Source of the DNA: a virus
IMG/VR virus record: IMGVR_UViG_3300012850_000001
Strand: one strand, 5' to 3'
Length of the DNA: 55,962 nt
A program made the position numbers and the translations under genes. The stretch's first letter is position 1. Each line of letters begins with the position of its first letter. The notes below the pieces were generated by a model, which made no database searches, was not told the DNA's origin, and saw only the letters and a list, made by a program, of their open reading frames with translations. This document shows positions 41,544 through 49,724 of the stretch, piece by piece.

Positions 41544-42532
41544 CCCAACCGGACGCGATCGAGTCCCTCGCCTCCGCCCTGATCGCTGACCTCACCGCCG
41601 TCGTCGACCAGCTCGAGGCGGCGATCCGGGACGCGATGCCCGGCTGGTTCCACCTCACCCCACCTGCCCGCGTCATCCGGTTGCGTGAACTGCAGACCAC
41701 CTTGCTCGCGATGATCAACGACGCGGACGCCATCGCAGCGAACCGGGTCGTGGCGACGATGCAGACCGCCTACGAGACCGGCGCGTGGGCGGCAGCCATC
41801 GGCGCCGGCGCCACCGCTGGGTTCTCCGGGATCGACGTTGATGCCGTCACCCACCTCGCAACCGACACCATGAGCAACCTCCTGCAAGCCACCAAGGGCA
41901 TGCGCGAGGACGTCAAGCAGGTCATCCGAGAACTGACCCGCGACCAGGTCCGCACGAAGCTGTACGTCGGGCAGACCGCCATCCAGGCCGGTCAAGACCT
42001 CGCAAAGACGATGGCGGACCGCGGCATCACTGCGGTCGTGTACTCCAACGGCGCGCACGTCAGCCTCGCCCAGTACGCCGAGATGGTCATCCGGACGAAG
42101 ACCGCAGAGGCGTACCAGGAAGGCGGCCTCAACCAAGGCGAGCAGCTGGGTATCGACTGGTGGGAGGTCATGGACGGCCCCGGGTGCGGGTGGACGTCAC
42201 ATGATGACCCGCAGAAGGCCGACGGCATGATCGTGCCCCTCGCGTCCGCCCGGGCGCACCCGCTGAGTCACCCCAACTGCCGACGGTCAACGACCCCACG
42301 TCCGGACATCGCATCCCTGTCGGACGCGCAGGACGCCACACCCACACCGACGACGTCAACCACTCGCGTGTGGGACGCAGCCGTGCGTGCGCAGGCTCAG
42401 GCCAACCGTGCCGTCGCGACCTCCACCACCCCGGCACGGGCCAGTGCAGGGCTCGACACCGCTGCGGGTGTCATCCCGAACACGCCCGCCGGTCGACGGT
42501 TCGCCGCCACCCTCGCCAAGCACACGGCCTGA
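41540..42532 (+). CDS. MuF-like minor capsid (head morphogenesis) protein.
   Basis: VVYSNGAHVSLAQYAEMVIRTKTAEAYQEG...HPNCRR, typical of SPP1 gp7/Mu F. Confidence 0.75.
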   Translation: MTQPDAIESLASALIADLTAVVDQLEAAIRDAMPGWFHLTPPARVIRLRELQTTLLAMINDADAIAANRVVATMQTAYETGAWAAAIGAGATAGFSGIDVDAVTHLATDTMSNLLQATKGMREDVKQVIRELTRDQVRTKLYVGQTAIQAGQDLAKTMADRGITAVVYSNGAHVSLAQYAEMVIRTKTAEAYQEGGLNQGEQLGIDWWEVMDGPGCGWTSHDDPQKADGMIVPLASARAHPLSHPNCRRSTTPRPDIASLSDAQDATPTPTTSTTRVWDAAVRAQAQANRAVATSTTPARASAGLDTAAGVIPNTPAGRRFAATLAKHTA

Positions 42533-42559
42533 CACCCCCACACCCACCATGCGGGCATG
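42530..42559 (+). promoter_or_regulatory. Junction motif copy: TGACACCCCC...ACCATG-CGGGC-ATG.
   Basis: Start codon at +27. Shares the 18-mer CCCACCATGCGGGCATGA with the copy at 53956-53985. Confidence 0.5.
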
Positions 42560-42895
42560 ACCCTGAGCGCCTTCACCGTGCACGCCGAACCTGGTGACGT
42601 CACGGTCACGGTGAACGGGCACACGATCCCCGCGGCTCGGGTGATTATCGACGCCGACGGTGGCGTCCCTGTCTTGACGGTCATCGCGGCCGGACCGGTC
42701 GCACTCGACGGGACCGGCGTCGTTGAGACCGTCCGTGACCCCACACCGGCGGAGCTGAACGAGGCCGCGATCGGCGCCCTCGCAGCCATCGACGCAGGCG
42801 AGCTCGAACGCCGCACATCCGCGAAGATCCGTGCCGGCCGCAACGACGTGTACCGGGTCGTCCTCGAGACGTTGAAGGAGATGGCCGATGGTTGA
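42557..42895 (+). CDS. Hypothetical structural protein.
   Basis: ORF after the junction motif. Confidence 0.6.
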   Translation: MTLSAFTVHAEPGDVTVTVNGHTIPAARVIIDADGGVPVLTVIAAGPVALDGTGVVETVRDPTPAELNEAAIGALAAIDAGELERRTSAKIRAGRNDVYRVVLETLKEMADG

Positions 42896-43298
42896 CGTCT
42901 CCCCACTGTTCGCGCTCGGACAGGCACTCGCTGAAGAAGCAATCGACACGTCCGGAACGACGGTCCGGTTCGAGACCCGTGCAACCGTCATCGACCCTGA
43001 CACGCTCACCGACACCACCACCGCGACCGCCCTGACGGGCACGATCCCTGCCCTCGTGGTGCCTGCCGGCAACGCGAACGCCACAGTCCAGCCCGTCCCC
43101 GGTGTTGACGTGCGGCCCGGTGACTGGAAGGTCCTCGTGAAGGTCGCCAACCCCGTGCCGCCTGCCGGTTCGTGGGTCGTGATCGTGACCTCTCGTGACC
43201 CCCACCAGCCCGGCCTTGAAGCGAGGGTCACGGGTGCGACGATCTCGTCCGCCGGTGCCGTCCTCATGGTGTTCGCACGGCCCGGGACACCGTCATGA
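42888..43298 (+). CDS. Head-tail connector-like protein.
   Basis: Position and size. Confidence 0.45.
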   Translation: MVDVSPLFALGQALAEEAIDTSGTTVRFETRATVIDPDTLTDTTTATALTGTIPALVVPAGNANATVQPVPGVDVRPGDWKVLVKVANPVPPAGSWVVIVTSRDPHQPGLEARVTGATISSAGAVLMVFARPGTPS

Positions 43299-43726
43299 CA
43301 CTCGAGGTCACGGGCGGGGCCATCGGTCAGGCCCTCGCGACCCTGTCGACCCGGATCGACGGGGAGATGTCCCGTGTCGTGTTCCGTGCGGGTGCCGAGC
43401 TGCAGACCCTCATCCGGGCGAAGGCAACCTCCGCGTACCACCCTGACCGGGCGTCGTACCGTCGCGGCCACATCCCCGGAACGGGCCCGGGCCCGAACGT
43501 CTTCACGGGCGACTACCGCCGGTCCATCACCCTCACCACCGGATACACGGGTTCCACTGCGGTCGCGGTCGTTTCGACGAACGCACCCCAAGCCCGGGCC
43601 CTCGAGTACGGGCGTCCCGGGCATCAGCCCGCGTACCCGCACTGGCGTCCGGCGGCGTTCGAGATGGACCGCAAGTTCCGTCAGGCCGTGCAGGAAGCGA
43701 TCGCGAAGGCGGTGAGCGGCCAGTGA
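43295..43726 (+). CDS. HK97 gp10-family head-tail joining protein.
   Basis: PNVFTGDYRRSITL...APQARALEYG. Confidence 0.6.
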   Translation: MTLEVTGGAIGQALATLSTRIDGEMSRVVFRAGAELQTLIRAKATSAYHPDRASYRRGHIPGTGPGPNVFTGDYRRSITLTTGYTGSTAVAVVSTNAPQARALEYGRPGHQPAYPHWRPAAFEMDRKFRQAVQEAIAKAVSGQ

Positions 43727-44145
43727 GCCTGACCGAGACCACCGGGCCCTTGACCGCGGTGCAGGATCTGTTGACCGCGCACATGCCCGAAGGGTGGCGG
43801 ACGCTCCTCGACGAGGGCGAGTACGCCGTCGGGACCGTCACCGTCGAGACGGTCACCCCGCCACGGACCGAGTACTTCGTCATGGGCGGCCCCGACAAGG
43901 CCCACATGCTTATCCAGACCACCACCGCCGCATCCACACGCACAGGTGCGCGCGTCGCCGGCGACAAGGTCCGCACCATCCTGACCGGTGTCGACCGCCG
44001 AAACCGGCTCCTGACACCCATCAGCCGGGACGGGTTCGTGTTCGACAACCCAACCACCACCGCTGACGGGCACGCGGACCTCGTCGACGGAACACACCTG
44101 TGGGTCGAGACCTTCACCCTGGCCTGGCAGGACCGAACCGAGTGA
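43723..44145 (+). CDS. Tail terminator-like protein.
   Basis: Position upstream of the major tail gene. Confidence 0.45.
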   Translation: MSLTETTGPLTAVQDLLTAHMPEGWRTLLDEGEYAVGTVTVETVTPPRTEYFVMGGPDKAHMLIQTTTAASTRTGARVAGDKVRTILTGVDRRNRLLTPISRDGFVFDNPTTTADGHADLVDGTHLWVETFTLAWQDRTE

Positions 44146-44206
44146 CACCCCCCGCCTGAGGGTGAGGGCAGCAGCAACACCGCTGCCCAACCATTCAGGA
44201 GCCAGC

Positions 44207-44707
44207 ATGTCTCTGTTCATGTGGCGCGGGACCGGTAGCGCGTACTGGCTCCCCGCATCCGCCGAGATCGCCTCCGGCGGTCCCACCAGCGCCCAGATCG
44301 CGTCTGGCATCGACCTGACCGACGGCATCAACGCGATGGCCGGTTTCGAGCCGTCGTCGTCCCCGATCAACGTTCCCGTCCTGCGGTCTCGGCAGTCGTA
44401 CCAGATCCCCGGTGAGCGGACCTTCGGCACCCCGTCGCTGACGGTCGTCGAGGACGACGGGACCGACGCCATCGCCCTGGCCCGTCAGCTCATCCTCGAG
44501 ACCCTCGAGCAGGACGAGGAGGGCACCCTCGTCATCTTCCGCAACACCCAGGACCCGCACACGGGGGATGTCTGCTACTGGGTCGGCGCGACCGTCGACT
44601 CCCAGGTCCCCGGGTTCACCCTCGACGCCGCCGCGGCGACGACGGTCATCAACCTGTCCCCGCAGTACGAGCTCCGCAAGGGCGTCCTGAACCCGACCGG
44701 TTCCTGA
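44207..44707 (+). CDS. Major tail protein.
   Basis: CAGGAG SD. Position before the chaperones. Followed by a 15-bp hairpin. Confidence 0.6.
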   Translation: MSLFMWRGTGSAYWLPASAEIASGGPTSAQIASGIDLTDGINAMAGFEPSSSPINVPVLRSRQSYQIPGERTFGTPSLTVVEDDGTDAIALARQLILETLEQDEEGTLVIFRNTQDPHTGDVCYWVGATVDSQVPGFTLDAAAATTVINLSPQYELRKGVLNPTGS

Positions 44708-44720
44708 CCCCACCCCCACT

Positions 44721-44760
44721 GCGCCGACCCACCCGCGACCACGCCCGGGTGGGTCGGCGC
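44721..44760 (+). terminator. 15-bp hairpin after the major tail gene.
   Basis: GCGCCGACCCACCCG-cgaccacgcc-CGGGTGGGTCGGCGC. No T tract follows. Confidence 0.55.
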
Positions 44761-44786
44761 ACCCACACACGAACAAGGGAAGAGCC

Positions 44787-45293
44787 ATGGAGAAGAAGCC
44801 CCGCATCCAGGAAGCGCCGATCATCCTCGACCCCGCCGCTGCTGACGCGGTGAACGCGGCCCAGAACGCACTCGAGACGACCGCGGAGAACCTCCTGAAG
44901 TCGTTCGTCGACCGGGTCGCCGCCGCACAGGTGCTTCGCCCTGACGAGGACCCCACCACGGTGGCGCAGGACATCTACCAGGAGGACCAGGACGCCCTCG
45001 CCGACCTGCAGACCACCCTCGACACCGCCCGGGCCGCGCTCGAGGAGGCGGCCATCCGGTACACGTTCCGGCCGCTCGGGTTCAAGGTGTGGCGGGCCAT
45101 GAAGGCCAACCACCCGTCCAAGGACAAGGATCTCGCGTTCGACTACGACTCGATCGTCCCCGACCTGCTCAAGCACGCCTCCTACGAGCCGAAGCTGTCC
45201 GCCGGTGACGTCGAGGACATCCTCGAGTCCCCCGACTGGGCTGAGTCCGAGGTCAACCTCCTCGTCACTGCTGCCCTGCTGGCTCAGGCCTGA
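44787..45293 (+). CDS. Tail assembly chaperone.
   Basis: Position immediately upstream of the tape measure gene. Acidic. Confidence 0.65.
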   Translation: MEKKPRIQEAPIILDPAAADAVNAAQNALETTAENLLKSFVDRVAAAQVLRPDEDPTTVAQDIYQEDQDALADLQTTLDTARAALEEAAIRYTFRPLGFKVWRAMKANHPSKDKDLAFDYDSIVPDLLKHASYEPKLSAGDVEDILESPDWAESEVNLLVTAALLAQA

Positions 45294-45826
45294 TGGGACG
45301 GGTGTCGCGCCGGCAGTGGGCTGAGCTTCGGTTCGCCCACCCCGGTGTCGACCCCACCGACCCGACGGACGAGTTCGCGGTCGATCTGCTCGCGTTGGCC
45401 GGGCAGGACCCGGACGTGTGGGAGACCGGCACCGAGAGCGAAGCCCTGGCCGCGTACGAGACGGCCCTGACCAGGGCGGCACCTGACTACCGGTGGGCCC
45501 TCGAAGCCCTCGATGAGGACGCGAACCTCGCCGTCGAGGTGTCCGTCTGCAACGAGCTGGGGATCTCCCACGACGCGTTCCTCGACTGGCCGGCTAGGTC
45601 GCAGGACCTCGCGATCGCGTCCGCGATCCAGTCGCGTAACACCTGCCACGCAGGCCACCCGCGTGCGGCGATGACCGACCCGTCGCTGATGCGGATCAAG
45701 CGCGAGTACTGCGCGACGTGCGCGAAGTACGACGAGTTCGAAGCCCACATCCGGGCGCAGGCCGAAACGATGGGCCCCGAGTTCACGCGGGGCTGGCACA
45801 CGGAGGTGACCAGTGTCCCTCGGTGA
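45293..45826 (+). CDS. Second tail assembly chaperone-position protein (frame -1 relative to the first).
   Basis: TGATG-coupled ATG. The frame is open from 45245. No canonical slippery heptamer was seen. Confidence 0.5.
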   Translation: MGRVSRRQWAELRFAHPGVDPTDPTDEFAVDLLALAGQDPDVWETGTESEALAAYETALTRAAPDYRWALEALDEDANLAVEVSVCNELGISHDAFLDWPARSQDLAIASAIQSRNTCHAGHPRAAMTDPSLMRIKREYCATCAKYDEFEAHIRAQAETMGPEFTRGWHTEVTSVPR

Positions 45827-48800
45827 CACGTACACGCTTGGTGTCCGCCTGACCGGTGACATCTCGTCCCTGCGGCAGGAACTCGCGCAGGGTTCCGCGC
45901 TGCTCAACCAGTTCTCGTCGGCCGCCGTTGAGGCGATGACCCGTGCCGCAGCGGCGATCGACCGGTCCGCGGCGGCATTCGAGCAGTCGTCGAACCGAGT
46001 CTCGACCGCGACCCGCCGGCAGGCCGCGGACACGCAGAACAGCACCCGCCAGTCGTCGACCGCGTTCGACGACTACATGCGTCGCGCGACAGCCGCGAAC
46101 CAGCAGGTCGCCACCTCGACCGAGCAGTCGACGCAGCGGACCGTCACCGCGATGGGTGGCATGAAGTCGTCCCTGCTGATGCTCACCGGCTTCGGTGGGT
46201 TCGCCCTGCTCGCCAAGCAGGTGTGGGACGTCGGCATCGGGTTCCACACGTTCACCCAGAACATGCAGGTCGCCCTCACGACCATGCTCGGCACCGAGGG
46301 CGCCGCGAAGACGTTCCTCGCGGACATCCTGACGTTCGCGAAGCAGACCCCGTACGCGTTCACCGACCTGACGAACCAGGCGCAGAAGCTCCTGTCGTAC
46401 GGCATCCAGTCGCAGCAGGTCATCCCGATCCTGACGGCGATCGGTGACGCGTCTACCGCCATGGGCAAGGGCGCGGACGGGCTGCAGCGACTGGGCCTGG
46501 CGATCGGTCAGATCAACGCGAAGGGCCGCCTGCAGTCCCAAGAGCTCCTGCAGTTGTCCGAGGGTGGCATCAACGGTCTGAAGATCCTCGCCAACCAGGC
46601 GAACATGACGACGATCGACTTCCAGAAGCTCATCGAGAAGGGCCTCGTCCCCTCCGATGTGGCGATCAAGGGACTGGTCAAGGGCATCGAGGAAGGCACG
46701 GACGGGATCAACGGTCAGACGGCCGCGTTCGGTGGCCTGATGGAGAAGATCAAGTCTTCGGGTGGGATCACGGCGACCCTTGACGCTGCCCGGACCGGGT
46801 TCCGGAACGCCGCCGCGGCGATCACGGACTCCCTCGTGCCGGCGTATACCGGGTTCCTTCAGCTCGCCACGCGCGGCCTTGGGGTCCTGAAGCAGACCGC
46901 GAACGTGTTCAACGGCCTCGACGCGCCTGTGCAGTCGGCGGCGTTGGCGATGGGTGCCGCAGCAATCGCGGTACGACTCCTCAACGTGCAGGGCCGGGCG
47001 TCAGCCGTGTGGTCCTCGTTCAGCACGTACATGGCGACCGCGCGTGTCCAGACTCAGCAACTCAGCATGGAGGTCGGGCGAGCGCGTGCGGTTCTCGGGC
47101 AGACGCGTGCGATGCTCGGCGGAGTTGGTGCTGCCGCGCGTGGCGTCGGGTCGGCTCTCCTGGGTGCGTTCGGTGGGCCCGTCGGCCTGGCGATCACGGC
47201 TGCAGCGGCCGGACTGGCGGCCTTTGCGTCGTCGCAGGCAAAGGCGAAGGCTGAGATTGACGCCGTCGCGCAGACCCTCGATGAGGCGACGGGGAAGATC
47301 ACTGAGAACACGCGCGAGTGGGCGAAGAACAAGCTCGCTTCGGGGAACGTCTCGGCGTACGACTCCGCCGAGAAGCTGGGGGTAGCGCTCGACGTCGCAA
47401 CCGATGCGGCGCTGGGGAATGTCGATGCCCTCAAGGCGGTCAAGGCTGCAACCGAGGACGCCGACTTCTCGGGGAGCTACACCGAGACGCAGAACCAGCT
47501 GAAGGGCCGTGCCGACGCACTGGGCCTGACCGTTGTCGAGTATCAGCGTGCGGCGCGTGCCCTGCGGTCCAGTGTCTCCGGGTCGAACAAGACCATCGAG
47601 GAAGCGATCCGCATCGCTGAGCAGAAGCAGCGCGCCGACAAGGGCACCGCTGGTTCGATGGACGAGGTCGCGAAGGCGTACGACCTTGTCACGAACTCGG
47701 TCCGTGATTGGTCGGACGAGGAGATCAAGTCGATCAACTCCGTCCAGGACGCGGCCGAGAAGGCGTTCTCGTCGGCCCTGAAGGTCGCCGGCACCGACCT
47801 GGACCTTTCTACCGCGGACGACGTCGCGAACGCCCGGGAGAAGGTCTCGTCGGCCACGAAGGACGTGCGTGACGCGGAGGTGTCATTGCAGGAGACGCGC
47901 GGGAAGAAGAAGGCGTCCGCGAACGACATCGTCCGTGCGGAGGAAGCCGTCACTGACGCCCGGAAGAAGGCCCAGGACGCCGCGAACGACCTCGCCGACA
48001 CAGAGGCCCGCCGTGACCCCGTGGCGCAGTACCGCAAGAAGATGGAGGCCAACCTGAAGGCCGCCCAGGACTTCACGAAGAACGTCGAGAAGCTGGGGAA
48101 GAAGGGCCTGAACGCGACGGATCTCCTCGAGATCATCAACGCGGGCCCGACCGGGTCGAAGGACACGATCGACGCCCTCCTGGGTGACAAGTCCCTGATC
48201 AAGGAGACGAACAAGACCCGGGTCAAGGAGGACAAGTACGAGGCGAAGATCTCTGACCTGGCCGGTCTCGCGGAGCAGGCGCTCCTGACGCCGGGTTCGG
48301 AGATGGGTGACACGTTGGCGTTGGCGTTCAAGACGTCCGCGTTGAAGGGCACCGAGGACACCGTCGCTGGTATCGCGAAGAAGCTCGGCGAGGACCCGCA
48401 GGCCCTGTACGACGCGGGCATGGCGATGGGCCTGTCGTTCCTGTCCGGCCTGTCCGACGCGACCCAGTACCAGAACACGATCCACGTGAACGCCGACGGG
48501 TCGTACCAGTACTCGCGGGGCCGGTCGTTGAAGTACGCCTCGGGTGGCATCTACCCGGGCTACACCCCAGGCCGGGACACGGGGATGATCTCGGTCGGTG
48601 GTGGTGAGGCGATCATGCGCCCGGAGTGGACGCGTGCGGTGGGGTCGGACTTCGTGCACCGCATGAACGCGATCGCCCGCGGCTCCGGTGTCAACGGTGT
48701 GCAGGCGGAGATGCGCCGTTACCTCGGCGGGTACGCGTCCGGTGGTGTGGTCCCGACGGTGGTGCAGGTGCCGGTGTCGCAGACCATCGAACGGAACACG

Positions 48801-48899
48801 CCCTGGACGATCCAGCAGGCGTACTTCACCGACCCCAGCGCTGCGACGCAGTGGGGCGACCGTGCCCGAGCCAGGGCCAACACGTCCGGGAGGCGCTGA
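45813..48899 (+). CDS. Tape measure protein.
   Basis: 1028 aa. Ala/Gly-rich hydrophobic centre. Position. Confidence 0.9.
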   Translation: MSLGDTYTLGVRLTGDISSLRQELAQGSALLNQFSSAAVEAMTRAAAAIDRSAAAFEQSSNRVSTATRRQAADTQNSTRQSSTAFDDYMRRATAANQQVATSTEQSTQRTVTAMGGMKSSLLMLTGFGGFALLAKQVWDVGIGFHTFTQNMQVALTTMLGTEGAAKTFLADILTFAKQTPYAFTDLTNQAQKLLSYGIQSQQVIPILTAIGDASTAMGKGADGLQRLGLAIGQINAKGRLQSQELLQLSEGGINGLKILANQANMTTIDFQKLIEKGLVPSDVAIKGLVKGIEEGTDGINGQTAAFGGLMEKIKSSGGITATLDAARTGFRNAAAAITDSLVPAYTGFLQLATRGLGVLKQTANVFNGLDAPVQSAALAMGAAAIAVRLLNVQGRASAVWSSFSTYMATARVQTQQLSMEVGRARAVLGQTRAMLGGVGAAARGVGSALLGAFGGPVGLAITAAAAGLAAFASSQAKAKAEIDAVAQTLDEATGKITENTREWAKNKLASGNVSAYDSAEKLGVALDVATDAALGNVDALKAVKAATEDADFSGSYTETQNQLKGRADALGLTVVEYQRAARALRSSVSGSNKTIEEAIRIAEQKQRADKGTAGSMDEVAKAYDLVTNSVRDWSDEEIKSINSVQDAAEKAFSSALKVAGTDLDLSTADDVANAREKVSSATKDVRDAEVSLQETRGKKKASANDIVRAEEAVTDARKKAQDAANDLADTEARRDPVAQYRKKMEANLKAAQDFTKNVEKLGKKGLNATDLLEIINAGPTGSKDTIDALLGDKSLIKETNKTRVKEDKYEAKISDLAGLAEQALLTPGSEMGDTLALAFKTSALKGTEDTVAGIAKKLGEDPQALYDAGMAMGLSFLSGLSDATQYQNTIHVNADGSYQYSRGRSLKYASGGIYPGYTPGRDTGMISVGGGEAIMRPEWTRAVGSDFVHRMNAIARGSGVNGVQAEMRRYLGGYASGGVVPTVVQVPVSQTIERNTPWTIQQAYFTDPSAATQWGDRARARANTSGRR

Positions 48900-49324
48900 T
48901 GAGCGAACTCAACGCACAGGTCACGATCTCAGGTTCACCGACGCTGACGCTGGAAGACCCGGGCGACTTCGAGCTCGTCGCTGTGGGTGTAGGTGGGCGT
49001 CAGTGGCGCCGCGTCACGGTCGAGGGCCGCTACCAGCACGGTCGGGCACTCCTCGGGGCTGTGCTGGCGTCGCAGACGTTGACGATCCAGGTGCGATGCC
49101 TGGGGGCTTCGTGGTCGGCGGTCAACAACCGCCGCCAGGAGTTGTTCACTGCACTCGCGCAGGACTCGTACACCGTCACGACGGTCATCGACGGGGTGAC
49201 AGACGTGTTCACTGCGGAGCCAGCGGACATCTCACCTGCCTCCGGGGACACCCTCGACCGGCTTCGTGCGATGGCGAACATGCAGGAGTACGTCCTGACG
49301 ATCCCCGTCGTCCCCGGTTGGTGA
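48899..49324 (+). CDS. Minor tail protein.
   Basis: TGATG-coupled to the tape measure gene. Confidence 0.6.
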   Translation: MSELNAQVTISGSPTLTLEDPGDFELVAVGVGGRQWRRVTVEGRYQHGRALLGAVLASQTLTIQVRCLGASWSAVNNRRQELFTALAQDSYTVTTVIDGVTDVFTAEPADISPASGDTLDRLRAMANMQEYVLTIPVVPGW

Positions 49325-49337
49325 CGGCCGTTCCGTG

Positions 49338-49367
49338 TGACAGTCAGCCACGCACCATGACGGCATG
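49338..49367 (+). promoter_or_regulatory. Junction motif copy: TGACAG-N10-ACCATG-ACGGC-ATG.
   Basis: Start codon at +27. No SD. Confidence 0.45.
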
Positions 49368-49724
49368 ATCGGACCCTCGTACACCTCCAAGGCGACGCAG
49401 GCGATCCTCGGGCCCGCGCACTCCCAGCTCATCCCGAACCGCCTGTGGGTCGGATGGCTCGACGCGTCCGGAAACCTGATCGCGATGTCCGGCACGTACC
49501 TCGCACACACGGTCTTCGGCCCGATCGCCGACGGTGTCGCCAACATCTCCGCCGTCGACTGCGGTATCGCGGGAACCGGGTGGGCAATCGCGAAGGTCGG
49601 CCTGTTCGACGCAGCAGGTGGAAACCTGATCGTGTCGTGCGACCTGCCGTCGGTCGCTTCTCCGACTGCTGGGGCCCCGTTGGGCTTCGCAGCCGGTGAC
49701 CTGAAGTTCACGGTCGCCGCATGA
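49365..49724 (+). CDS. Minor tail protein.
   Basis: ORF after the junction motif. Confidence 0.6.
   Translation: MIGPSYTSKATQAILGPAHSQLIPNRLWVGWLDASGNLIAMSGTYLAHTVFGPIADGVANISAVDCGIAGTGWAIAKVGLFDAAGGNLIVSCDLPSVASPTAGAPLGFAAGDLKFTVAA

Noticed and set aside
42530-42550. TGACAC of the junction motif as a sigma-70 -35 box, or as a sigma-54 -24 box (TGGCAC-like).
   Set aside because: The distance to the -10-like hexamer is only about 9-10 nt instead of 16-19. The sigma-54 GG is not conserved, no TTGC follows at the right spacing, and Actinobacteria generally lack sigma-54. The box is kept as a motif of unknown role.
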